From positions 20,150,001 to 20,214,000 of the forward strand of contig CM060733.1 of NCBI GenBank assembly GCA_030704615.1: a stretch of 64,000 nucleotides of DNA, in the 5' to 3' direction. The notes below the pieces were generated by a model. That model ran no database searches, had not been told where the DNA came from, and was given only the letters and a program-made list of their open reading frames with translations. Source of the stretch: Takakia lepidozioides. Lineage: Eukaryota; Plantae; Bryophyta. This document shows positions 45,880-58,959 of the stretch, piece after piece. The stretch's first letter is position 1, and each line of letters opens with the position of its first letter. The translations under genes and the position numbers were made by a program.

Positions 45880-48478
45880 TGACTCCTCCCAAAAATCCAG
45901 GGTGAAGCCCATGGGGTACAACACTGCCCCACCAACAAGGACATCGTACGAGACCGCGTCTGTCACAATGGCCTTGGCTCTCATCATTGAGCCATCTATA
46001 GGATGATCCGGCTGTAGTCTGATCGCCAACTCACGTCGTGTCATGCCCCGAGCCTGCTCTGATCCTCCCTGAGATGTCTGCATCTAGAATGGACAAGGCT
46101 CCATATCCGCCTCCGTAAGGCCCAAACCTGCAATAGCACCTCTGCCCAACATCAGTGGCTGAGCTCCCGAGTCCAACAAGACCCGCAGTGGCCGGTACCT
46201 CTTGCCTGCCGGTCCACTCAAATAAAAAATATTATCCTGATTGTCTAACATGACAACTCCAGGTGTCACCATGGCGCGCTCAATGGCTGGCCTAGCTGGC
46301 AGCTCCGCCAACCTGGCAACTACAGCTTGTCATGGCGCCGCCGTGGCAGTATTGACCCTCAAATCCGAGGATCCCTCCGGCACTACACCTCCCACTATCT
46401 CCGTAGAAGATGAAGTAACCTCCCCACTCTCACAGAGTGTAGCTGCCAGCCTGAACACCTCAGCTGGTCTTACCCCCAGCGTTGCAATCATGGTAGCCGA
46501 GAACAATGAAGCCTGACACATAGATGCGGCCGCCCCCAGCAGCATACTAGCTGCCGTAGCCTTGGCAACACTAGGTAGTGGTGCTGCCCGTATAGCTCTC
46601 CCAATGACATAGTAACCTCCACCTCGGTAACAGTCGGGCGAGAACTAGGTGCCATGGATGGCGGCGACACTGTCTCCGCCAATGTAAATGACTGAGGAAG
46701 CCTGGCCTGACTGCTTGCCTCCCTACACTGTGGATCCAACTCCACCTCTGCACCTCGTGGCTCAGGAACTAGTGGTGCTCCTTGAGTCACTACCGCAGCC
46801 GACTCCACTTGCACTAGTGGTAGACTTGCACTAGTGGTAGTGCTGCCCCGCACATAGTGGTAGTGGTAGTGGTGGTCCGCACATAGTGGTAGTGGCAATG
46901 GCACCCCTCACTAGTGGTAGTGCTGCCCCGCATATGAATCCCATGCCTCCCATGTCTCCTCCCTCAGGAGCAGGAGGTGGACCATCCGGCCTTTGAGCCA
47001 GTACCACCTTAGCTGTGGCCATGGCAGCGAGCCTCTACTCTAGCTGTTGAAGCCGGTTGGCCATGCTTTGGTCAACACCCTGACCTCCGCGTCCTTGGCC
47101 ATGTTGAGCTTGCCCTTGGCCTACACCTCGTGCTTAGCCACCTCGTCCTCTCTGGGCTGCTCCACCTTGCCCCCGCCCACCATTGTTCCCTTGGAACTGG
47201 CCTGGGCGCAACTCAGGATGCAAACCATAGCACTGGGCCTCTCCACGCCCGTACTTGCCACAATGCCCACACTGCAACTGTGCAGGATGTGTCGGTGCCA
47301 AACCATTGCCTCCCTCTGGGCAATCCTTCTTGACATGGGGTCCTCCACATGTCCAACACACCACATCTGCCCGTTGTTGGCTTGCAAATGAAGGGAGAGA
47401 CCCCTGCATCTGAGGTCCTCTCTGCCCTTCCAAGGGCTTCACCTGAGCCCTCTTTGTTGCCTTGAGCACGTTGAGGTAGTGGCTGGCTAGGAACACCACT
47501 ACCCCGTGGTGCCTCCTTAGCAAATCCCACCATGACCACTCATTCCTCCACCAATGTTGAGCTCTATCCGCTCTGCCAGCAAAAACACATTTGCTAAGGT
47601 GGGTTGGGCGGTTTGTAAGAAAGTTGCATCCCGCACCCTTATCCTCAGTTCCTTGTCCAATATCCCGTACCAGAATTGGACTGCCTGAGCTTCCGTAACC
47701 CCTTGGGTTACATTAATCAAGCGCCTTATGCGAGTGAAAGCCTCCCTCAAGCTCTTGATAGGCTTCCGTTGGAACTCTTACAAACTCATCAACTTCTCTG
47801 TCCTCACCCCTTGGTAGTTCCTTCTCAACTCTTCGAAGAACTCCACAATAGGGTTGAAGGTAGGCATGGCCGCTGGTGCTGGTGCTGCAGTAGCTTGGGT
47901 GGACGTCGTAGTTGCTGTACCACTAGTCCCACTACTGCTCGTGAAAGCTGCTGGTGCAGCTGCCGGTGTGGCTACTACCCTTGTACCTCTAGTGCCTCTA
48001 GCGCCTCTAGTGATTGAGACATAGTCGGGTGACCAGTATATCCTCCACTCCTCGATCTCAACATCATGCCCCCACCTAAACTCATGGTAATCATCCATGG
48101 GCGGCCCCTCAAGGTGCTGAAACAGCCTCTTTCATGCCATGAAATGTGTAAACAGTTGTGGATTACGCATTTGCTGCAAGTCACACCAACTATCAAACTC
48201 TTGGATAAAATCATCCAACTCAATGGTGCCCACCGCCCAGAGTACCTACGTGGCCCCTTGGTGGCTCCATACATCTCATCTATTGTGTCCCACAATAATG
48301 GCAAGGAAATAACTTGCACCACCGGTGTGAGTTCTCCTGATTCATAATCCGAATCAGAACCTTCCGTAGAAGACACAGGAGGTGAAGGTGGCCTAAACCG
48401 CACACCTCGTCTCGTGTACCCGCTAGTATCGTTAGTGCTCGTACCGACACTTTCCCCAACAACTAGTAGCACCTCCAT
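45880..48478 (-). pseudogene. Gag and aspartic protease of the DNMT retrotransposon, degenerate
   Basis: Capsid-like LREAFTRIRRL...QFWYGILDKELR, Zn knuckles CWTCGGPHVKKDC and CGHCGKYGRGEAQC, and protease VLLDSGAQ...YDVLVG. Confidence 0.85.
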
Positions 48479-51400
48479 GTTGACAAACTGACACTCAACC
48501 GGTCATGAATATGTCCCTAACCCCCTCTCCACAAGGTAACTGGGTAGAGAACCTGATGCGGCTTAATGGTTTGGAATACTAGGTTCCTAACATAGCCTGC
48601 ACCTGCACCTGCATCCACCGCAGGAACTCCTATGGTTGGCTGGTCATCACCTCCAACCTCACCACAGGAGAAATAAAGATGGTCTGACTGGTCATCAACC
48701 CAGCCTCACCATCGACAACATGCTCTAGGGTTGGATCGGCGATCAAGCCCGAGTCAACCACCTATAAAATCAAGCGCCCACACAAAACTAGCATGACGCA
48801 TAATCAAGCATGCAAGTGTGGAGGGGATCCAAACACAAGAATGAAAACAACAACTCCCCCACACCAAAAATAACTCCACAGTGTCGCTCCTGCAAGGACA
48901 CCCCAACCCAAACCCGGACTGACTCTTGCCTCCACCTACGGAAAGGTCTCGGCCTACAAAGAAGGTGGAAAGTTATGAGGAAGAGAAACTAAAGCAATGC
49001 CTATCCCCAGCACGCTCTCATCCCAACACCCTCTTTTTTTCCTCACTTCTCTCATTTGCATGACCATGAGAGCATCTTGTAGACACTCCTCAAACCGCCC
49101 TCCACGAGCTCATGAAACTTGGCCTCCAAGGCCCCATGCAAGCCTCCACAGGGTCCACCAGTGCCTCCTTACGTCCACCAGCCATTCCTCATAATGGAAC
49201 CACCACAGGAAACCACGCCATTCATTGAAGGTTCAAAAATGGAGCAAATAGAGGTACATATAGGCCCCAACAACATTCTGTCCAAAGGAATTACCTGCAG
49301 GCTGGTCTCCCCATAGTTAAGAATTGGGCTGAAAACCCGAAAAGATTACCTGAAGGGGAGTAATCCCCTTTGTTAAAACGCAACAGGGAGGCAATTCCGA
49401 CTTTTCTGCCGGATCAGCTAGCTCAAAACCGTTGTTCTTCATAGCCCAGCCTCCCCATCAAGGTCCCACGAAACGAGTGAAAAATTTATTATTATTATTT
49501 TCACTCTGACTGTTCGCGGCCTTCCGTGGTGTCCGCACCACGGCTTCCCACGGTCACGGTCAACAGTTCCCTACATTCCCAAGAACTCCACATGAGTTCC
49601 CATGTGTTCCCGATCACTCCCGGGATGTTCCCATGCGTTCCCGAGCTCTCCCCGAGCTGGGGTTTGCTCCTGCACCTGCTGCCACTGAGCTATGGCTTCT
49701 GCGGAGCCATCAGCTCCGTCGCCTTGCACTCCTGAGCTCTCACGGCCCACTAGAAGCACCCCCAACTCAACAAGCAAGCTATATGCTGCCCAACAAGCTC
49801 CATTTTCTTCATGAAGCTCACAAAAACATATCTGAAAATACACACCTTTACAACCTTGGTGTACCTGCAGTTCTATTGTACATTCATTGGCTCTAGGACG
49901 CCTATTTGCTGCCCTTCCAGCCCCACTCTTGCCACTCCAAGAGCCCTTACAATGCTAGAGTTTCAGATTGAAACTTCCAACTCAAGCACATGCTTCACAA
50001 GTGCACTGATTTGCACACAAGAGGGACCAGCCCCCTCTCTTCACTCATACCTCTTCATGAGCTTGGAGCTGAAGCTCCCAACAGGCTGTGATGCATCCCC
50101 TCGCAGCTCCACTATTCGGCTGCTCCTCATCTACCCGCAACAACTAGTTTCGGGCAGAGATACCTGGAGCTGATCATATCATCTCCAACCTGCAACATGC
50201 TAGTTTCCCATGTGCAGCCCACATTCCTGCAGCTCCTTAACTCGGCCTGCAGCTGAAGAAAATGACCACTAGTTCACCCACTCGTGGCCAGCATCTCCTC
50301 CGCTTCACACTAGAACCGCATACTCAGTTGCCATAGCGTTGAGCTATGCAACACTGACCGCCTCTCTATCCATTGCAAACCTGCAACCTGTTCGCCTTTG
50401 CACTAGGCTCATGCACGGATCCCTGCACTCTAGGCTGAACTGTCTCTCATGATCTGAAACCACAAGTGCTACAACTAACTCGAACCTGGCACTCACAGAC
50501 TCGAGCTGATCTTTCTCGAGTGATAAAGAAAGGAAGATACAAGCACACAAGCTCTCTCAAACTCACATAGTTGCACATGAAAATATCACTCATATATTAA
50601 GTCGAGCCAAGTGCACCCCACGCCATGAGGAATCCACACTACGGCGCCATAGCTAGACGCGGTGAGGCTCAACTCGAGAAAGATGAGCCCACCGCGATCT
50701 GCCGTGAAGATAACAACGTCAGGTGCCCAAACATGTATTGGCCCCTGGATTGACACTTGGGTCAATCCCAAATGTCAATATATAAAAGCTAGCTTTTCCT
50801 AGCTAACTTCACACTAGTGGTAAAATAACTTGACAATAGATAAGCCTAGTTCTCCATTCTCCGCCTAGGCAAGAAGTCTCCACAATGCCTCTATCCTTTG
50901 TAGGACAGAGCCAACAAAAGTTGGTGTCCTACTCATGTTGAGTACAATGGTTCCTCCCTTCACTGACTATGGTGTGTGTGCCTTATGGTGTAAAGAGAGG
51001 CCGGTTTAATTTTCTCCCTCCAATAATTGCAATAAAGTTCCCAGGGCCACTGTCCCATGTTTTTTTTTTGTTTTTTTTTTAAACATAAAAGTTAAAAGGA
51101 CGCGTGACATTTACCCTTTCGTAGTAGAAGCACTGATTGAAAATACAGGTGCCTTTTGCACACACATACTCTAGTGACTACCATAGAGAATGTACTCGGA
51201 AGACAGTGTTGTAGCCTCGTGTCCAGTTTTGAAAGGAAATAGATGCACCTTTGTGAGGGGCTTATCCCAATGGCGTGACTTATCTTCCTTTAATAAAGAT
51301 AGTTAGTTCGGGTTTTTAAGATATATTTTGTGGTAAAAATGTGTTGTGCACCCAGCCAACACAAATATCAATTTGATGTATATGAGTTGCCCAAGCAATT

Positions 51401-54217
51401 AGACTCCAACAAGACCAGGGCTTTAGGCTCAGCCTCAAGCCAAATTTCCACCCTCAATTTAAATTTCAGTCTAGTGTTGAGTGAGAGAGAGAAACAATTG
51501 GCCGTCCCAACCTCCCATAGGCACAGACATGCCAAAATACAACCCCACTTGAATGTGGCTTTGATAAACGCCTATATTTCACTGTAGCAGAACCAAAAGA
51601 CAGTATGGTTGAAGGTCATGAGTTGCTCAAACAATCTGAACTTACACATTTTCTAAGTGAAGTCTATCTAGACTTAAGATAGCTCCTTCAAGGGATCATG
51701 AACCCCGGATGAACGGTCCCCAATTTCCGATTATGTGCTGGCAGAGTTTATGCAGCCCACCACAGTTTGACACAGCCTGTCACAGCCCAACACAACCCAC
51801 ACGGGTTACAATTTTCAGCACTCTTTGGGAGCCTTCCAGGCTTTTTACAAACTGTACTCATTTTTCACAATGTTGATGATTGGAACTTCTTGTGGAAACA
51901 TGTCTCTATCTTGTTTCCAGGCCTGATTGGCCCAGATATCAAATATGAGGACTTCTCCGGGGGGGGGGGCATTATCACCAACGAAAAGGGGTAATTTGTA
52001 TGGGAATTTTTAAAAAAAAAGTCTTTATCGGTCACCCTAACTTACATATTTGAAAATGATAGATTTCCTGACAGTCTATGTTAATTATATTTTACTACTG
52101 CAAGCAAATTTCAGGCACGCTATAGTCATAATACAATACATATATTTTTTTCCAATAAAAAATAGTTCATTACTTGGTCAAAACAAATTCATCCAAAGCT
52201 TAGGCATTATTAGCATTGAAGCTGTAAGCATTTTGAACTTTGCCAAAAGTCATTGTAACTGATATTGAATATATTGATATTGATAGTGATCGCAACTAGA
52301 GAATAGAAGCACGGGGAAGGCCAACCCTAAACTCAAACTCCTCCCCTACGAACCAAGTGTCGTCAACAATCCAAGTCCCCAAATCCAAGTATAGCCCGCA
52401 TGATTATGAAGTACCCATTGCAAATAAACCAATAACCAGACGACATGTGTCATATGTCTTTATTGGGACCCTATTGGTAGTTGTAAAAAAGAAATAATAG
52501 TACTTTATATTCTAGACCCTATCTTCATTTAAATTCCGAAACCACGATATATTGGTACCCATATTTATTTGTAATTGTTTTATAAATTTTATCTGCCAAG
52601 AATGTATTGTACCCTATATTTTTTTGCACGTCGAGGGGGGAATATTTGGAAATGACCACTGCTCGAGGCTAGAGACACGAGATGATGTGGTACGTCTGTA
52701 ATCAACAATCTTTGCCTCCATGATCAGCAATCTAACTTCATTTTGCTTAAAGATGCATAGCTATTTGAGGTTAGATGATTACTAAGATGCATACAATTGG
52801 CTTCCAACTTCTCTAAGAACTTCCAGCTACTTTGCAAACATAGTTAGACATGATGATTTTGCTGCATGAGGCTGAGTGGAAAACATATGTTGGATCAAAT
52901 GGGCCCCAAAATTGGTATATTTCTGTTTGACTTGTTACTTATCTCCCAATCCCAATGGTGGTGCCACCAGAATACTACAAACTCTTACAAGCTACATCCC
53001 CTATAAGTTGTCCTTGTTGAAATTCCTTTGATAAAAAATGGACGTTGTACTTGCTCTACCTCTTTGAAAACTGGTGTTGCAGGTATGTGGACCACCTGTT
53101 TGAAACCCTTAATTCGGGTGCTCAATTATGATCCACTCCTTGTCTACACATTCAACGAACAATGGGGTATTACCGAACAGGTTGCAGTCTAAAAGGTTAG
53201 CCATAAACACCTTAGAAAGCTCTTTCTGGCTTTCATTTGGATTTGCAACTCCTTCCTAATTGATGTTAATTTCATTATAATTTCAAAATGATTCGACCCC
53301 ACTCTCTGTAATTACAATGCCTGATCATTTGGCCCTCCCTAAGTGACACCTATATGGCAGAGTTGACATCCATGGGCCCTATCAGTCTGGACACCTGCCC
53401 TAGAAAAGCTGCATCCAACTCTGAGACTGTATTTTTTTGTATGGAAGCAACACCACCTTAATCCCTATCAATCTAGACCTGCAGCCAACTCTGAAACTAT
53501 AATTTTTCTTATGGAAGCAACACCACCTTTATCCGTCTTTAGCAACACTTCAATGTACAACAAATAAGCATCTTCAAGATTTGATGAGCTCACAAGTAGA
53601 ACCCTAAACCAGCAAAGTGAGGGGAGAGAGAGAGAGAGAGGCCGACGGCGTGACTAAGAGCCACTTCACCTTACCCATGTATTGGGCATATCAGAATTAT
53701 AAAGTTTGTTGATTTGTGCATACTCAAACGTATCCAAAGTGGATAACATCCCCACACTTCCTACAATACAGTCTATCTAACCACTTTTGGACATCTGATG
53801 CCATAATAGATGCACGAATCAAACAAACGCTACGATTTTGATATTGGAAATACATGGTCAACCATAGGCATAACCACTTTTGGCCTACAATATACCCAAA
53901 CAAACATTGCAAATGTGTTATGTCCATCCATCCCAAGTGGACACATGGCCACATCATGGTCTCAAAAATAACTACACGTAATAAATGAGTCTGGCACCTC
54001 CAAAAACTTCTTTTGTCACACCCTACATCTAGATGGTTCAACATCAACACTAATACATTCCAAGATAGACCACTAGACCAGTTCCTACTGCGTATATATA
54101 TCATATTAAAATAAGAAAGTATGATGCCTCCCGAAGGGAGCGTAACTTATGGTGACACTTGACCCAAGGGCTACTACCTTCCAGCAGGAAGGTGGACACC
54201 TTCATGACACACCAGAC

Positions 54218-54290
54218 GGTGGTTTGAACCCACAACCACATCCAACGTGGTATGTGCCCATTACCACTGGGCTACATGCCGGTTGTCAAT
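54218..54290 (-). repeat. tRNA-derived SINE-like head
   Basis: Minus strand shows A box TAGCCCAGTGG and B box GGTTCAAACC. A related fragment lies at about 10180-10218. Confidence 0.55.
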
Positions 54291-55169
54291 ATATTATATT
54301 ATATTATAATCCCATGCTAGTGCTTGACATGACTCTGTCTTGATATACTATTTCTTTCTCTAGCATCCAACAGAGAGAAGACTCCTGTCAGTGGACCGGC
54401 TTAACTAAGAGCCACTTCACCTTCGCCTTACGGCTACCCTTTCGGGGGTGTGCCCTAGCATCCAACATATAGCATAGTGGTTATAGCACAAGACTGCCTT
54501 ACAAGTGATTCTGAGTTCAAAGCCTCATAGGTATATGTTGGATGTTACCCATTTGGCCAACCCAACCATAAAAAGGAGGTATGGACTACTGACGTTAACC
54601 GGTTATTCAATGCGTGGGTATATGGGACTTTCTTGGAGGAAGGATGGGCGACTCCTGTTATAGCCGGTAGAAGGTATCCAATATCCACCTTTCGAGATAC
54701 AGTGGCATAGTAGCCTTTGGGGGTGAAGACGTAACACCATAACTAGATACCTAGATACGCTTGCTTCCGGAAGAGGATATTTATTCTACTTATCCATGGA
54801 CTGCCAGATTTTTCGTGCAACACCATACCCATGTCCCTCTCTCACCATCCATATAATTGAAATATATATTTTGTCATGATCCCTAATCAGATCAATCCAT
54901 CTTTCATAATTGTGACAAATACTTGTTATGGCTCTTCGCCAACATGGTTGGAAGGTGTCAAAAGTGACACATATCCTTGAACAAAACCTCATACCATTCA
55001 CACCCCACCACTAAACTCCTCCATGCACTACATTTTATGGCTATCAGAGATCACTTACAACTCTCATCCTCAACACACTCAAGATTGAAAGTCGTTAGTT
55101 GGTCGTGCTAGGCCTTTCATGATAGAGTCCACCCTTGAAAAAGCAATAGGCCCAAGAGGAAGACTCTAG

Positions 55170-55410
55170 TTTTTTTAAAAATAAAATAAAAAATAAAATA
55201 AAAAATTAAAAGGGAAACACCCGGGAGTGACAGCTCACAAATCAGGCCCCTTAGTAGTGAGAGGAGAAAATAACCTCTTTCATCTATGCGCCATGAGATG
55301 AATGAGTGGGACACCGCCCAGCCATACCACACCCGTCAGTAGCAAGATTTGACCCCAGACACATCTGGGCGGCACTCAGTGCACTTAACCAACTGAGCTA
55401 CTGACTGTTG
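55170..55410 (-). repeat. tRNA-derived SINE-like element with a T-rich tail
   Basis: Minus strand shows A box TAGCTCAGTTGG and B box GGGTCAAATC, about 130 bp of body, then a T-rich run. Confidence 0.55.
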
Positions 55411-56329
55411 GTCTCTAGTTATTTACTCTAACTAGGGCTTCGCATGGGTCTCCGTATTTTATTGTTTGAGGGGTAGTTGAACCCCCTCTTTCTGTATTTT
55501 CCCCTTGTTTAACATTTGTTTCATCCAGTCCAGAAGTCCGTTCTTTACATCTTTTCCATCACTCATCATTTAGTTTCTCAACATTTAGTTTTATTGTCTT
55601 TGATAAAAAATGATCAGTCTTGATAAAAAATAATTGTCTTGACATTGATAATTGTTTTCTTCAAACTCAAGAATTGGTTTCTTCAAACTCAATTCAACTT
55701 TCAATTAGAACACATTTTGTTCAAAGATTTATCAAACTAGGGTTTTAATGTAATCGGTATTTGCGCTCAACAGAATGTGCCCAAGAAAACCCAGTGCCGC
55801 TGCATAGTACCTGCCATTGTGAATGCCCTACCTTTATTTCTTCAATTAACATACCAGCCCTGATTGAGTGTCTATGGTTGGCTAGGAGCACAATAGCTAA
55901 CTCGGCACCATTTTGACCTTATGCTTTGGACTATTTTCTAAGATTTCCACCATGCAACCAAACTGAGATGTGCTGGGGCTCAACAGTTCTCTGCAACTGT
56001 TGGCCAGGAATATCCACTTGACAGCAAAGTTCCTCCCACCCAGCACCGAAGGCAGTCATGGGAATTCCACAGACAAAGGTATGAAATTCAGCCTAGAAGT
56101 TCCAGAGCTGGCATTCAACAAGAGAGTGGTGATAGCATGCAACATGCAGCGCTATACCTGAAAGCACTAACTGTTAAAGATTTACACATCCGTCATAATT
56201 CATGACTTCTCAAACTCTGAATTAGGGGAGAAACAGTCAAGAAAGGGAAAGTATGGCACCTGGTTGTGAACCATGTAAAGGAGGAAGGGCATACAAGAGC
56301 CAGCCCCGTACTTGCATGTGGCAGATATG

Positions 56330-58440
56330 CATTGGCATGTCATTGCACTCCATAAGACCACGTCTCGCTCAGCCATATTGTTGAACACTAGAAAGGCCTC
56401 CCTTACACTCCCACATTTCGCATACATGTCTGCAACAAGGGCAGTCTCCATATTAATATATGACGGAATTCCAGCTTTGATAATGTCAGCATGGATCTCT
56501 TTGCCCTTCTCCAGGGCCACCATGCTGGCACAAGCATTGAGAACACAAATGAATATATGACCCTGTCGGGCATCACACCTTCCTGTTGGATTCTATCATA
56601 GATTTTAATGGCCTCTGTGCCACAACCCTGCTGGGCATATCCTGCTATCATGACGCTCCAGGAAACCACATCCCGTTCAGCCATTTTGTCAAATACTTTC
56701 AGTGCATCCTTCATGCTCCCACATTTGGCATACCTTTCGACAAAGGCAGTCTCCAGAAAGATATCAGTCCAAAAATCCAGCTTTGATGATGTGAGTATGG
56801 GCCTCTTTGCCCTTTTCCAGGGCCCCTAGCCTACAACACGCATTGAGCACACACGTAAACGTGACCCTGTCGGGCATCACCCCTGGTCCACGAGGGCATT
56901 GTTCAGAATGACATTGGGTACAATTCCAGCTCTGACGATGTTGCCATGGACCTCTTTGCCCTTTTCTAGAGCTGCCAGGCTTGCACATGCATTGCAAACG
57001 CACACAAACATGATGTGGTTGGGCTTCACCCCTTCCCCCATCATTTGCTCATAGGTCTCCAAAGCTTCCACCCTGCGTCCCTGCTGTGCATACCCTGCAA
57101 TCATCGCGTTCCACGACACCACATTTTGTTCAGCCATATTGTTGAAGACTGCCTTTGCATCCTTAATGCACCCACATGTGGCATACATGTCCATGAGGGC
57201 AGATTCAGAATGACATCTGGTACAATTCCAGCTTTGAAGATGTCACCATGGACCTCTTTCCCCTTTCCAGGGCTCCCAGGCTTGCACATGCATTGCAAAC
57301 ACAAACAAACGTGATGTGGTTGGAGCTTCACCCCTTCGCGCATCATTTGCTCAAGCATCCCATGCTTGGTAAATCCTGCCAACATTATATTCCACGTGAT
57401 CAAAGATGGTTGAGGCATTTTGTTGAACACTTGGTGAGCATCCATGATGCTCCCGCACTTAACATACATGTTGACAAGGGTGTTGAGTAGAAAAACGTTT
57501 GGCCAAACGCCAGCGTGAATCCACTTTGGATAATGTGAGTGTGCACCTGCTTTCCAACTTCCAGGCCTTTCATCTTGATGCACTTATGCAAGAGACAGAC
57601 AGACGTATCTGAATCTGCTGAAATGCCTCCTTGGTTTAAAGTCTGTAGAGCCTCTTTCAGTCTGCCTGCCTCACAAAGCATCTTCACATGCCCAGAAGTG
57701 CCAGAAGAGGTATTGTGGACTCCCTCTCTTCATCCTCTACTAGAAGCTGTGGTCATGGTTGAGGTGCCTGATTTTATCAGCTGTGCCGCTGCAGCTGTTG
57801 CCTTTAGTTGACCATGTACCCATGCAGGCTTCTTGTAGCTGTTGAACCACAGGGAATTATAGGTAATCTTGTGCTTGAAATCTGGACCTCTTGGATGAAT
57901 CTGGACCCACATTCTATCCCTGCTTCAGCCATCCATGCCTCTGCACAAATCATGCATTCATCCTTGCCTCACTGCTAGCAGCTGACAATGACAGCCTAGA
58001 TTTGTTCTAGGAAACACCCAGTTGACCATCTACCCATGCAGGTTTTAGATATCCGTCCACAGGGAATCATAGGTAATCTTGAGCTTGAAATCCGGCCCTC
58101 TTGGATGAATCTGGACCCAAACTCTATCCCTGCTCTGCACAAATCATGCATACATCCTTGCCTTGCCGCTAGAAGCTGACAATGACAGCCTAGATTTGTT
58201 CTAGCAAACACCGCAACCCTAATTATCACACTAGTTCCTATGCTGACTTGCAGTTCCAACAGGCATTCACCTTTTTGCCTCGATTGTTCCACCCTTGACT
58301 GCGGTCAGAAACACATTCATTCCAGAGCTTCTCCTCGCCACTGTTATCTGCTCTTCGACCCTTTCCTATTGCCACATTGGCAGTAACATGTCAAAATCAC
58401 TCCAAAACCACCATAGATCCACCAACGAGCTAACTTGCAG
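56330..58440 (-). pseudogene. PDF-PPR (PLS-class) pseudogene copy A
   Basis: EEKLWNE..WNNRGKK, then a GT intron, then IHPRGPDFKHKITYNSLWFNSYKKPAWV in frame with MLCEAGRLKEAL (one TGA between). Several degenerate P/L/S motifs follow (MYAKCG, DVVSW, GKEVH). The second PDF exon is duplicated at about 58020-58112. No E/DYW domain was seen. Confidence 0.88.
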
Positions 58441-58519
58441 AATTCAACATGAAAATTTAAGGACGACTCTGATTACAGGGAAAAACAGGCTGAAATGTGT
58501 TGGAGAAGGTGCCTTCATT

Positions 58520-58700
58520 ATACCCACATTGCCACCAATATCCTTTGAAGTGTCCAGGCCATCAATCACTTCTTGATTGTAGCCCAATGTATGCTTGAGA
58601 TCAGCATAGTAGAGAGAAAATACGTATGAAATTCCACCGCAGGCTTGCATCCACATGCCAAGACACAACCCTAACCACTTGTCGTTCAGAAATTTCTTTA
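58520..58700 (-). pseudogene. N-terminal fragment of a nodulin-like MFS transporter (NFD4-like)
   Basis: KWLGLCLGMWMQACGGISYVFSLY.ADLKHTLGYNQ...SKDIGGNVGI matches TM1-TM2 of plant nodulin-like MFS proteins and ends abruptly. Confidence 0.8.
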
Positions 58701-58959
58701 CCTCAACCCCCTCATTTCTCAAATAGGCTATCACCCACTATAGCGTGATTGTCAGGTCTCTGGCATCATCTGTAATTAGAATGCTGACCGTGCGCATACA
58801 TTTGCCTACACTTCAGCTTGTCTAGTTTGAGCAACATTTCACCTGTGGCCCAAGACAGAGAAAAAAGACACAATTTTGTTGTTGCTGCCAAGGAGAAGAT
58901 ATAATCCGGGTTAAATTGAACCAACCTGAACGGTGTCGATGTCCATAGTAAGTGGAGCA

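Larger units (their letters stand above)
29059..50835 (-). mobile_element. Degenerate Ty3/gypsy LTR retrotransposon encoding Gag-PR-DNMT-RT-RH-INT-PHD. LTRs at about 29059-29356 and 50521-50835.
   Basis: Two direct repeats of about 300 bp; the right one reads TG...CA. They differ by about 20 substitutions and one indel of about 15 bp (by eye). Probable TSD ATAGA at 29054-29058 and 50836-50840, if the left LTR lost its first TGA. Coding remnants are collinear on the minus strand once the nested inserts are removed. Confidence 0.85.

Noticed and set aside
52750-54110. Possible Mutator or CACTA transposase remnants on the minus strand (GPHTC, GPFDPTY, MDGHNTF-like peptides)
   Set aside because: Too degraded to assign without a profile search.
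54218-55410. Functional tRNA genes
   Set aside because: A and B boxes are present, but I could not fold convincing acceptor and anticodon stems, so they are treated as SINE-like.
55900-56330. E/DYW editing domain downstream of the PPR array
   Set aside because: No PG-box, HSE or CxxC motif is visible; the array is truncated.
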